The notes below the pieces were generated by a model, which had not been told where the DNA came from, searched no databases, and saw only the letters and a program-made list of their open reading frames with translations. Positions 27,223 to 35,521 of a stretch of 64,000 nt of DNA are shown here, one piece after another. Source of the DNA: Anaerolineae bacterium (lineage in GTDB: Bacteria > Chloroflexota > Anaerolineae > Promineifilales > Promineifilaceae); assembly GCA_020848035.1 (NCBI GenBank), contig JADLAX010000026.1:256180-320179 (forward strand), in the 5' to 3' direction. Position 1 is the stretch's first letter. Every line of letters begins with the position of its first letter. The translations under genes and the position numbers were made by a program.

Positions 27223-28561
27223 GAGGGGTTAACCAGCGGAGGAGGGCGAAGAAGAGGCTGGCGAGGGCGGGAATGAAGAGATACGGCCGTATCTCCATCC
27301 AGTCATACACCCAACCAGCCTGGGGCACAGGTTTGGCCATCTGCGGCAGCGTTTCAGCCAGCGCATCGTACACGGGCTGGGGCGTAAAATCGGCATCGAG
27401 CAGGCGGAAGTAGTAAAACGATTGGTCCAGCTCCGTGTCATCTTTGCGCTTGAGGAACCAGGTGTTGATCACACCCACCCAGGGCCATTCCGCCTGCGCC
27501 CGCTCGTATGCCTCGACGGCAAAACGGGCCTGCTGCTCCGGCGTCACCCGGCCAAAGCGGGCGTCCATGCCTTCCGGCACCACATTCCAGCCCATCTCCG
27601 ATATCCAGATCGGCTTGTTGGCGTCGCCGTGGCGCACCATCACGTCACGCAAATACAAATTGTGCGGATAGTTGATCACGTTGGGCTTCAGCCGCTGGTC
27701 CAGCGCCCCGGACCACAGCCCGTACCCCTGCGCCGACATCACGTCGAAGCAGTCACCAGCCCCGGCGGCGTACATGCGCTCCAAAAAGATGAGATCGTTC
27801 AGGTTGCCGTCGTTGATGGCCACGGTGGGGGTGAGCGCCCCGGCCAACACCACAGCGTCGGGATTTACTTCCTTGATACGGCCGTACGCGTTACACAACA
27901 GCTCCGTATACTGCTCCGGGCTGACGGGCTGGTGGTTGCCCCACTCGCCGTTGCCGTTGGGCTCGTTCCACAGCTGGAAGTAGCGGATACGGCCGTTATA
28001 CCGTTCCGCCACCGCCGCCGCAAAATCGCCAAAATCGTCGTAGTTGTCCGGGGGGGCCAGCGTACCGGTCACCTCCACCGGCAGCGCACGGCTCCAGGCG
28101 GGCGGATTGCTCAGCCGGGCAATAATCTCAACATCGTACGACTCCGCCAAATCCACGATGTTGTCGTACTTCTCCCACGCCGAGCGGAACGGCTCGTGCC
28201 GCCGGTCCTCAAAATCCCCCTTGCCGTGAATCTCAATATCTTCCCAAACAAATTCCTGGCGGATGAACTGGAAGCCCGCCTGACGGGCCATTTGCAGACT
28301 CAGATCGCGCTTAACAATCTCGGCTTCCTGCTCCAAAAAGGTATTCACGCCAAACGGAGACACAGGCACAATAGTCCGTTGAGCAGAGTTTAGAGCGAGC
28401 TGGGGTTGGGGGCGTACGGCCGTATTCCACCAGTGCACCACCCCGCGCAGCTGGGCCAGCAGGGCATCTTCGCCCGTCAGTTCATACAACGAACCAACGG
28501 GCGGCCATAAAGAAATCACGAGCAACAAACCACTAGCCACTAAAATCAACTTCTTCCACAT
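27206..28561 (-). CDS. Clan GH-A glycoside hydrolase (GH5/GH39-like), membrane-anchored
   Basis: N-terminal anchor. YFQLWNEPNGNGEWG (acid/base NEP) and IWISEMGWN (nucleophile). Confidence 0.7.
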   Translation of the reverse strand: MWKKLILVASGLLLVISLWPPVGSLYELTGEDALLAQLRGVVHWWNTAVRPQPQLALNSAQRTIVPVSPFGVNTFLEQEAEIVKRDLSLQMARQAGFQFIRQEFVWEDIEIHGKGDFEDRRHEPFRSAWEKYDNIVDLAESYDVEIIARLSNPPAWSRALPVEVTGTLAPPDNYDDFGDFAAAVAERYNGRIRYFQLWNEPNGNGEWGNHQPVSPEQYTELLCNAYGRIKEVNPDAVVLAGALTPTVAINDGNLNDLIFLERMYAAGAGDCFDVMSAQGYGLWSGALDQRLKPNVINYPHNLYLRDVMVRHGDANKPIWISEMGWNVVPEGMDARFGRVTPEQQARFAVEAYERAQAEWPWVGVINTWFLKRKDDTELDQSFYYFRLLDADFTPQPVYDALAETLPQMAKPVPQAGWVYDWMEIRPYLFIPALASLFFALLRWLTPHEPEA

Positions 28562-28737
28562 AGCGCCAAATTATAACCCAAATCGCCAATCGCACATTCC
28601 ATGATGCACTGCGTCAATAGATCGTGTAGAATAATGGCAACTTTGCGGGGGAAACGGCCGTATGATAGACTTTCGCCCCATACTCGATCCCACTTCGAGT
28701 TGGCGGCTTTCCAATAAAATAAACAAGAGGGACACGC

Positions 28738-30756
28738 ATGTTATCACCAATCGAAAAGATCCTGTTTGCCTTTTTGGCGCTCATCTGCATCGTGGCGACA
28801 ATCAACACCTTTGGCCAGATGTACAAAATCGTCATGCGCGGCCCAGGCAAGCTAAAGCTCAATGATCTGCCGCGCCGCATCGTCACCGGACTGGTTGCCC
28901 TCATCTCCCAGGGGCGCATCATTCGCCACCGCAAACTCTCCTCCCTGTTCCACTACGGCGTCGCCTGGGGCTTCATCTTTTACTTCCTCGTCAACGCCAT
29001 CGACGTCGCCGAAGGGCTCATCACCGGCTTCGAATTCTTGCCAGATAACATCATTGGTGACGTTTACCGCTTCGCCGCCGACATTTTTGGCGCGCTGGTG
29101 CTCATTGGCGTGGTTTACTTCATTTTGCGCCGCTTTGCCTGGGGTGATCCCGCCCTCACCATTCGCGACAACGTGAAGCTGCTGCCCCAGGTCCGCAGCG
29201 GCGGCGTCAGCAAAGATTCCTTTGTTGTCGGCCTCTTCATCCTGTGTCACGTCGGCTTCCGCATGATGGCCGCCGCCTTTCACATTGCCCAACACGGTGC
29301 CGATCCCGGCCAGCCAGTGGCCAACCTCATTGCCCAAACCTTCCTGGTGGGCGGCAGCGAAACCGCCCTCAACTTTGGCTGGCACTTTAGCTGGTGGGTT
29401 GCCGTCGGCCTGGTTTTGATGTTCCTGCCCTACTTCCCCTACACCAAACACGCCCACCTCTTCATGGGCCCGTTTAACTTCATGACCAGCCCCGACCGCA
29501 CCTACCTGGGCCAGATGTTCACCCTGGACTTCGAAGATGAGTCGATTGAACAATTTGGCGCGGCCACACTGTTTGATTTGGAGCAAACCAAGCTGGTTGA
29601 CGCTTTTGCCTGCATCATGTGCAACCGCTGCCAGGAAGTGTGCCCCGCCTACCGCACCGGCAAGGAATTGTCGCCAGCGGCCGTTGAAATCAACAAACGC
29701 TACTACATTCGCGAAAATATGATTGAGTTTGCCAACGGCGGCGAAGCAACCATACCCCTGCTCGATTTTGCCATCAGCGAGAGCGCCCTGTGGGCCTGCA
29801 CCGCCTGCGGTCACTGCATCGAAGTTTGCCCGGTGGGCAACACCCCCATGCTAGACATCATGGATATGCGCCGCGACCAGGTGCTGATGGCCTCCGCCTT
29901 CCCACAGGAGCTGAAGGGCGCGTTTGTCGGCATGGAGCGCATGGGCAACCCATGGCAATCCACCGACGACCGCATGGCCTGGGCCGCCCCACTCGAATTT
30001 GACGTGCCCACCGTGGAAGAAAACCCCGATTACGAGTATTTGCTCTGGGTGGGCTGTGCCGGGGCCTTCAACCCAGACGCCCAAGCAACCGTACGCGCCG
30101 TGGCCACCATTATGCATCACGCGGGCGTCAGCTTTGCCGTGCTGGGTGATGCCGAAAGCTGCACCGGCGACTCTGCCCGCCGCGCTGGCAACGAATATCT
30201 CTATTACGAAATGGCCCAGGGCAACATCGAAACGCTCAACGCGGCCGGGGCGGACAAAAAGCGCATCGTTACCAGCTGTCCGCACTGCTTCACCACCATC
30301 GGCAAAGAGTACGGCGAGTTGGGCGGCCATTACCACGTTTTCCACCACACCCAGCTTATTGCCGACCTGGTGGGCCGGGGCAAGCTGCGGCTCAACGGCA
30401 GCAAGCTGGAAAGCGTCACCTACCACGATCCGTGTTACCTGGGTCGGCACAATGGCATTCTTACCGAGCCGCGCACGGCGCTGGCTAAAGCCGGTGCCAG
30501 GCTGCTGGAAATGGAGCGCAGCGGCAAAGATTCGTTCTGCTGCGGCGCTGGCGGGGCGCAATATTGGAAGGAAGAGGAGCACGGCACGGAAGCCGTCAAC
30601 GCCAACCGTTTTGCCGAGGCACAAGGCACCGGCGCTACTACGCTGGCCGTCGGCTGCCCCTTCTGCGCCACCATGATGATCGATGCCAACCGCGAAAAGG
30701 GTGAACCGATGCAGGTGAAAGATGTCGCCCAGGTTGTGCTGGAAGCAATGAGCTAA
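28738..30756 (+). CDS. Membrane-anchored HdrD/GlpC-like Fe-S oxidoreductase (NarI/DsrM-like TM domain fused to 2x[4Fe-4S] + CCG domains)
   Basis: N-terminal TM helices. CIMCNRCQEVCP and CTACGHCIEVCP ferredoxin motifs. Cys-rich CCG-type segments including DSFCCGAGG. Confidence 0.8.
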   Translation: MLSPIEKILFAFLALICIVATINTFGQMYKIVMRGPGKLKLNDLPRRIVTGLVALISQGRIIRHRKLSSLFHYGVAWGFIFYFLVNAIDVAEGLITGFEFLPDNIIGDVYRFAADIFGALVLIGVVYFILRRFAWGDPALTIRDNVKLLPQVRSGGVSKDSFVVGLFILCHVGFRMMAAAFHIAQHGADPGQPVANLIAQTFLVGGSETALNFGWHFSWWVAVGLVLMFLPYFPYTKHAHLFMGPFNFMTSPDRTYLGQMFTLDFEDESIEQFGAATLFDLEQTKLVDAFACIMCNRCQEVCPAYRTGKELSPAAVEINKRYYIRENMIEFANGGEATIPLLDFAISESALWACTACGHCIEVCPVGNTPMLDIMDMRRDQVLMASAFPQELKGAFVGMERMGNPWQSTDDRMAWAAPLEFDVPTVEENPDYEYLLWVGCAGAFNPDAQATVRAVATIMHHAGVSFAVLGDAESCTGDSARRAGNEYLYYEMAQGNIETLNAAGADKKRIVTSCPHCFTTIGKEYGELGGHYHVFHHTQLIADLVGRGKLRLNGSKLESVTYHDPCYLGRHNGILTEPRTALAKAGARLLEMERSGKDSFCCGAGGAQYWKEEEHGTEAVNANRFAEAQGTGATTLAVGCPFCATMMIDANREKGEPMQVKDVAQVVLEAMS

Positions 30757-30808
30757 CAACTGCCCTAACCAATGAGGCACAATTGCCGTCAATCCATAAT
30801 CATGTAAA

Positions 30809-31030
30809 ATGCTTGGCGTTATGGCAGAGTTAGATTTATCTTCCCTTTCTATCGACAAAACGGTTTTTTCCGTCAGGCACAACTTTGATGAAACAGAGGA
30901 TAAACGGTACTGGCTGGCCAAGTCGCCCGAGGAAAGGTTGCGACATATCGAGTATTTAAGACAGATAAATTATGGACATCGCGCTACCGCCAGACTTCAA
31001 AGAGTTCTTGAAATTACTCAGGGAGAATGA
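30809..31030 (+). CDS. Small conserved protein (putative antitoxin-like partner of the downstream gene)
   Basis: 73 aa. ..ETEDKRYWLAKSPEERLRHIEYLRQINYGH..TARLQRVLEI resembles small proteins I have seen paired with the downstream family. Overlaps the next ORF by 59 nt. Confidence 0.45.
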   Translation: MLGVMAELDLSSLSIDKTVFSVRHNFDETEDKRYWLAKSPEERLRHIEYLRQINYGHRATARLQRVLEITQGE

Positions 31031-31418
31031 AGTTGAGTACTTGCTAATCGGTGGTTATGCCATTGGCTATCATGGATACCCGCGTGCTACCAATGATTTA
31101 GATGTCTGGGTGGCTATTGACCCCAAAAATGCTCAGAAAATTGTTACAGCTCTCCAGCAATTTGGCTTTCAAACTTCTGATCTGACCGATGAACTCTTTT
31201 TGCAGGAAAAAAGTATTGTGCGCATGGGTGTTCCACCCATGCGTATTGAAATCTTGACAACCATTTCCGGTGTCGACTTTGAAGAGTCTTTTCAAGCCCG
31301 AATCGAAACGATTCTCGATGGCGTTGAAGTTAATTTAATCAGTCTCTCCCATCTCAAACAAAACAAAAAAGCCAGCGGCCGTTATAAAGATTTAGACGAT
31401 TTGGAACATTTGCCCTAA
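30972..31418 (+). CDS. Nucleotidyltransferase-fold-like protein (uncharacterised family)
   Basis: LPPDFKEFLKLLRENEVEYLLIGGYAIGYHGYPRATNDLDVWV..KASGRYKDLDDLEHL. Confidence 0.6.
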   Translation: MDIALPPDFKEFLKLLRENEVEYLLIGGYAIGYHGYPRATNDLDVWVAIDPKNAQKIVTALQQFGFQTSDLTDELFLQEKSIVRMGVPPMRIEILTTISGVDFEESFQARIETILDGVEVNLISLSHLKQNKKASGRYKDLDDLEHLP

Positions 31419-31458
31419 AGCAGCAGGCAAACATAGTTTTCGGAGAAAGCAGGCAAAT

Positions 31459-32097
31459 ATGCAACTAAAATTGGCAAAGTTATTTGTTTTTCTGGGGGTT
31501 ACGGCCGTTTTCATCACCGCCTGTAACACCGCAGAAACGTACAGCGAAACCTTCGACGAAACCGGCAGCTGGCGCGTGGAAAACAGCAGTGACGTGGTGG
31601 GCGAAGTCCGCGACGGCATTTTTGACTTCACCGTCGTGGCCGATGAGCTGACCAGCTGGACCACCGCTGGGGCAAACTTTAGCGACGGCATCTACTCCGT
31701 CGAGGCAACCCAGGTGGCTGGGCCAGACAACAACGCCTACGGCATGTTGTTCCGCGTCGATGACGAGAACGACAATTTTTACTCCTTCCAGATTTCTGGG
31801 GATGGTTTTGTGTGGATCGGCCGTTACCGCGATGGCGGCGCGGCCGAAGCCGAACCGATCGTGAATGATTGGTGGTTTGAGTCGCCAGTGATCAACCAGG
31901 GCAACGCCACCAACAAGCTGTCGGTGCAGGCCGAAGGGCAAAATCTCATCTTTTTTGTGAATGATCAAGAGGTTGGCCGCGTCACCGACGACGCCTTCAG
32001 CAGCGGCGACATTGGCCTGATGGTGCGTACGCTGGGCGTTGGCGGCGTGCAGGTGCAGTTTGATAACTTCACGGTTGAGCCGCTGCCCGAAAGTTAG
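31459..32097 (+). CDS. Lipoprotein with concanavalin/LamG-like (DUF1080-type) domain
   Basis: Lipobox LGVTAVFITAC. AYGMLFRVDDENDNFYSFQISGDG..IGLMVRTLG..VQFDNFTV. Confidence 0.65.
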   Translation: MQLKLAKLFVFLGVTAVFITACNTAETYSETFDETGSWRVENSSDVVGEVRDGIFDFTVVADELTSWTTAGANFSDGIYSVEATQVAGPDNNAYGMLFRVDDENDNFYSFQISGDGFVWIGRYRDGGAAEAEPIVNDWWFESPVINQGNATNKLSVQAEGQNLIFFVNDQEVGRVTDDAFSSGDIGLMVRTLGVGGVQVQFDNFTVEPLPES

Positions 32098-32163
32098 AAT
32101 AACTTGAGATTCAGTAAGCTATGACGCTATAATAAGCGCGACACTTGCATCTGGAAGCCAAAC

Positions 32164-32400
32164 ATGAACAGCACAAAAATTGTTTCTGATCCCAAAATCA
32201 TGATGGGCAAGCCAATAATCGAGGGTACCCGGATCACTGTTGAGCTGATCCTGGAAAAATTAGCTGCTGGAGAAACCGTGGAACAACTTCTGGCGGCTCA
32301 CCCCAGGTTAACACAGTCCGGGATTCAGGCCGCATTGGCTTATGCAGCGCAGACCATGCGCTCTGACCTTATTTACCCGACAACCCTCGCCGCCGCATGA
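32164..32400 (+). CDS. DUF433 antitoxin-like protein
   Basis: MGKPIIEGTRITVELILEKLAAGETVEQLLAAHPRLTQSGIQAALAYA. 4-nt overlap with the next gene. Confidence 0.85.
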   Translation: MNSTKIVSDPKIMMGKPIIEGTRITVELILEKLAAGETVEQLLAAHPRLTQSGIQAALAYAAQTMRSDLIYPTTLAAA

Positions 32401-32753
32401 ATTTTCTGGCTGATGAAGGTGTTGACGCTCCCATTGTGGCTGAACTTCGCCAGGCGGGTTTTCAAGTGGCCTACGTGGCAGAACTTTCACCGAGCATAGA
32501 CGATAGCACTGTCCTATCTATGGCAAATCAGCAAGAGGCGGTTCTGATTACTCAAGACAAAGACTTTGGGAATCTGGTTTTCCAACAAAGATTGATTTCA
32601 CATGGTGTCATCTTGCTGCGCCTCCATGGCATTGATCCGCGCTTAAAGGCACATTTGCTTTTGAAAAGCATTCGAGATCATCAAGACCAGCTAGAGGACT
32701 CATTTACTGTAATTACGCAGGACAGAATTCGAATACGTCCGCGTCTGAATTAA
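32397..32753 (+). CDS. DUF5615 (PIN-like / Mut7-C RNase) toxin-like protein
   Basis: MNFLADEGVDAPIVAELRQAGFQV..VLITQDKDFGNLVF. Confidence 0.85.
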   Translation: MNFLADEGVDAPIVAELRQAGFQVAYVAELSPSIDDSTVLSMANQQEAVLITQDKDFGNLVFQQRLISHGVILLRLHGIDPRLKAHLLLKSIRDHQDQLEDSFTVITQDRIRIRPRLN

Positions 32754-32871
32754 CTTTACAAGCACGGCCGTTTCCCTCACCATCCCACCAGGCATACGGC
32801 CGTTTCTTAACCAACAACGAAACCTGAACAAGTTACGCTAAATACACACCCACTAATTCGACCGACGTGGT

Positions 32872-32895
32872 GGTAGGAAACGGCCGTTTCCTACC
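32872..32895. repeat. Perfect 24-bp palindrome centred on ACGGCCGT
   Basis: GGTAGGAAACGG|CCGTTTCCTACC, 33 nt upstream of the E1 start codon. Confidence 0.9.
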
Positions 32896-32927
32896 CAACA
32901 ATTCGCACAAGGAGCTCCCACAATCCT

Positions 32928-35372
32928 ATGCTTGAGACAGAACAAGAGATTCAAACACGTTTAGCCAGTGACACACCGGCAGAACCACTGTACATCAGCA
33001 CCGCCGAAATTTTAAGAGATTACACCCTGGCCAACGAAAGCCGCCACGCCAGCCTGATTGGGCGACGTGAAGTGCTCAGCGGCAAGGCCAAGTTTGGCAT
33101 CTTTGGCGATGGCAAAGAGGTAGCCCAACTGGCCATGGCCAAAGCGTTCAAAAAAGGCGACTTCCGCTCTGGCTACTACCGCGACCAGACCTTTATGTTT
33201 GCCACCGGGGCCGCCACCATCAAACAATTTTTTGCCCAGCTGTACGCCATCGCCGATGTCTCGCTGGAGCCACATTCGGCCGGGCGGCAGATGAATGCTC
33301 ATTTTGCATCGCGCAGTTTGGATGAAAACGGCCGTTGGCGTGACCTCACCCAGCAAATCAACACTTCCGCCGACGTTTCCCCCACCGGCAGCCAGATGCC
33401 CCGTTTGGTCGGCCTGGGCTATGCCTCTCGCCTCTACCGCGAGCTGGATGAGCTGAAACAGTTCACCCAATTTTCCCGCAATGGCAACGAGATTGCTTTT
33501 GGTACGATTGGCAACGCCAGCTGTGCCGAGGGCATGTTTTGGGAAGCGATCAACGCCATCGGCGTGCTGCAAGCACCCGTGGTGCTCTCCATTTGGGACG
33601 ATGGCTACGGCATCTCCGTGCCCAACGAATACCAGCACACCAAGGAAAATTTGAGCGACCTGCTGCAAGGTTTCCAGCGCGAGCCCAACAGCAAACGCGG
33701 CTTCGATATCTACACCGTGCGCGGCTGGGATTACATGGCCCTGATGGAGACGTACCAAAAAGCCACCCACATCGCCCGGCGTGACCACGTGCCCGCTATC
33801 ATCCACGTCATCGAGATGACCCAGCCGCAGGGGCATTCCACCTCCGGCAGCCACGAGCGCTACAAGTCCGAAGCGCGGCTGGCGTTTGAGGAGGAGTTCG
33901 ACTGCATCCGCAAAATGCGCGAATGGATCATCGAGCAGCGTATTGCCACGGCAGGCGAACTGGACCAGATTGAGCGTAATGCGCACAAGTCGGTGGAAAA
34001 CATTCGCACCAAGTTGTGGAAAACGTTCTCCCTGCCCATCTACAAAGAACGGCAAGAAGTGGCCAACATCATCGAAGAAATTGAGGCCACTTCACCCCGG
34101 CAGGCCGAACTGGCCAGGCTGCGGCGCAAGCTCATGGAAATCAAATCGCCCTTCCGCCGCGACAACATGGAAGCAATTCGCGAGGCGCTGCTGCTGGTGC
34201 GCGGTGAGCAGTCACCGGCCATGCAAAAGCTGGCGCAGTGGCGCACCAACCAGATCGCCATCAGCAAAGAACGGTACGGTTCACACCTCTACAGCCAGTC
34301 CAGCGAGACATACCGCAACGTGCGCGAGGTCAAGCCGGTTTACTCGGCCCAATCTGAAAGCCTGAAAGGGTTTGAAGTGCTGAACCGCACCTTCGACGCG
34401 ATGCTGGCTCGCGAGCCGCGTTTTGTTGCCTTTGGCGAGGACGTCGGCCAGTTGGGCGGCGTCAATCAATCAATGGCGGGTATGCAGGCCAAATACGGCA
34501 AGCTGCGCGTGTCGGACACCGGTATTCGCGAGGTGACGATTTTGGGCCAGGCGATTGGCCTGGCACTGCGAGGGTTACGGCCGTTAGCCGAAATCCAATA
34601 CCTCGACTACCTGCCCTACGCCCTGCAAATCATGTCCGATGACCTGGCCACGACCCAGTGGCGCACCCGGGGCGGCCAAAAAGCGCCGGTGATTGTGCGC
34701 ACGCGCGGCCACCGCCTGGAAGGCGTCTGGCACGGCGGTTCGCCAATGGGGGCAATTGTGCATCTGCTGCGCGGCATGCACGTGCTGGTGCCACGCAACA
34801 TGGTCCAGGCGGCCGGTTTTTACAACACGCTGCTGCAAATTGACGAGCCGGCGCTGATTGTGGAAGTGCTCAACGGCTACCGGCTTAAGGAGCGCGTGCC
34901 GGACAATCTGACCGAGTACACCATTCCCCTGGGCGTGCCCGAAGTGGTGCGTGAGGGTGACGATATCACTGTGGTTACCTACGGCGCGATGGTGGGCGTG
35001 GCTGAACGCGCCGCAGAGCTGCTGGCCCGCACGGGCATCGCCGTGGAGCTGATTGATGTACGGACGCTGCTGCCGTTTGATGTGAACGGCCGTATCGTTG
35101 AATCGCTCAAAAAGACCAGCCGCATCCTGTTTGTGGACGAGGATGTGCCCGGCGGAGCCACCGCCTACATGATGCAGCAGGTGATCGAACAGCAGCAGGG
35201 CTTTTACTGGCTGGACAGCGAACCGGCCACCCTGGCCGCCGCCGAACACCGCCCGGCCTACGGCTCCGACGGCAACTATTTCTCCAAACCCAACGCCGAA
35301 GACATCTTCGAAGTCGTCTACAACATCATGAACGAAGCCGAACCGGCGCGATATCCAATTTTTTACCGGTAA
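32928..35372 (+). CDS. Fused alpha/beta E1 component of a 2-oxoacid (branched-chain-type) dehydrogenase, TPP-dependent
   Basis: 814 aa. TPP region GNASCAEGMFWEAIN in the alpha part. The beta part has transketolase-like Pyr and C-terminal domains (ITVVTYGAMV..ELIDVRTLLPFD). Confidence 0.9.
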   Translation: MLETEQEIQTRLASDTPAEPLYISTAEILRDYTLANESRHASLIGRREVLSGKAKFGIFGDGKEVAQLAMAKAFKKGDFRSGYYRDQTFMFATGAATIKQFFAQLYAIADVSLEPHSAGRQMNAHFASRSLDENGRWRDLTQQINTSADVSPTGSQMPRLVGLGYASRLYRELDELKQFTQFSRNGNEIAFGTIGNASCAEGMFWEAINAIGVLQAPVVLSIWDDGYGISVPNEYQHTKENLSDLLQGFQREPNSKRGFDIYTVRGWDYMALMETYQKATHIARRDHVPAIIHVIEMTQPQGHSTSGSHERYKSEARLAFEEEFDCIRKMREWIIEQRIATAGELDQIERNAHKSVENIRTKLWKTFSLPIYKERQEVANIIEEIEATSPRQAELARLRRKLMEIKSPFRRDNMEAIREALLLVRGEQSPAMQKLAQWRTNQIAISKERYGSHLYSQSSETYRNVREVKPVYSAQSESLKGFEVLNRTFDAMLAREPRFVAFGEDVGQLGGVNQSMAGMQAKYGKLRVSDTGIREVTILGQAIGLALRGLRPLAEIQYLDYLPYALQIMSDDLATTQWRTRGGQKAPVIVRTRGHRLEGVWHGGSPMGAIVHLLRGMHVLVPRNMVQAAGFYNTLLQIDEPALIVEVLNGYRLKERVPDNLTEYTIPLGVPEVVREGDDITVVTYGAMVGVAERAAELLARTGIAVELIDVRTLLPFDVNGRIVESLKKTSRILFVDEDVPGGATAYMMQQVIEQQQGFYWLDSEPATLAAAEHRPAYGSDGNYFSKPNAEDIFEVVYNIMNEAEPARYPIFYR

Positions 35373-35420
35373 GGCATTGAATTACGAATCTGCAAACGTA
35401 AGATTTTTATCAAAGATTTC

Positions 35421-35463
35421 GCAGATTACGCAGATAAAAATCTTTTCAATCTGCGTAATCTGC
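35421..35463. repeat. Hairpin of the ATCAAAGATTTCGCAGATT family
   Basis: GCAGATTACGCAGAT pairs with ATCTGCGTAATCTGC (15-bp perfect stem), preceded by ATCAAAGATTTC, between E1 and E2. Confidence 0.85.
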
Positions 35464-35521
35464 TGATTTAACTCTCTCAATTTTGTATTTTGGCAAATAA
35501 GGGAGTGCAGTTGAGGAGCAC

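Noticed and set aside
30972-31030. Programmed frameshift joining ORFs 30809..31030 and 30972..31418
   Set aside because: There is no slippery heptamer in the overlap. The downstream ORF has its own ATG and a complete N-terminus (MDIALPPDFKEF..) typical of the family. The upstream ORF has a family-typical tail (RLQRVLEI).
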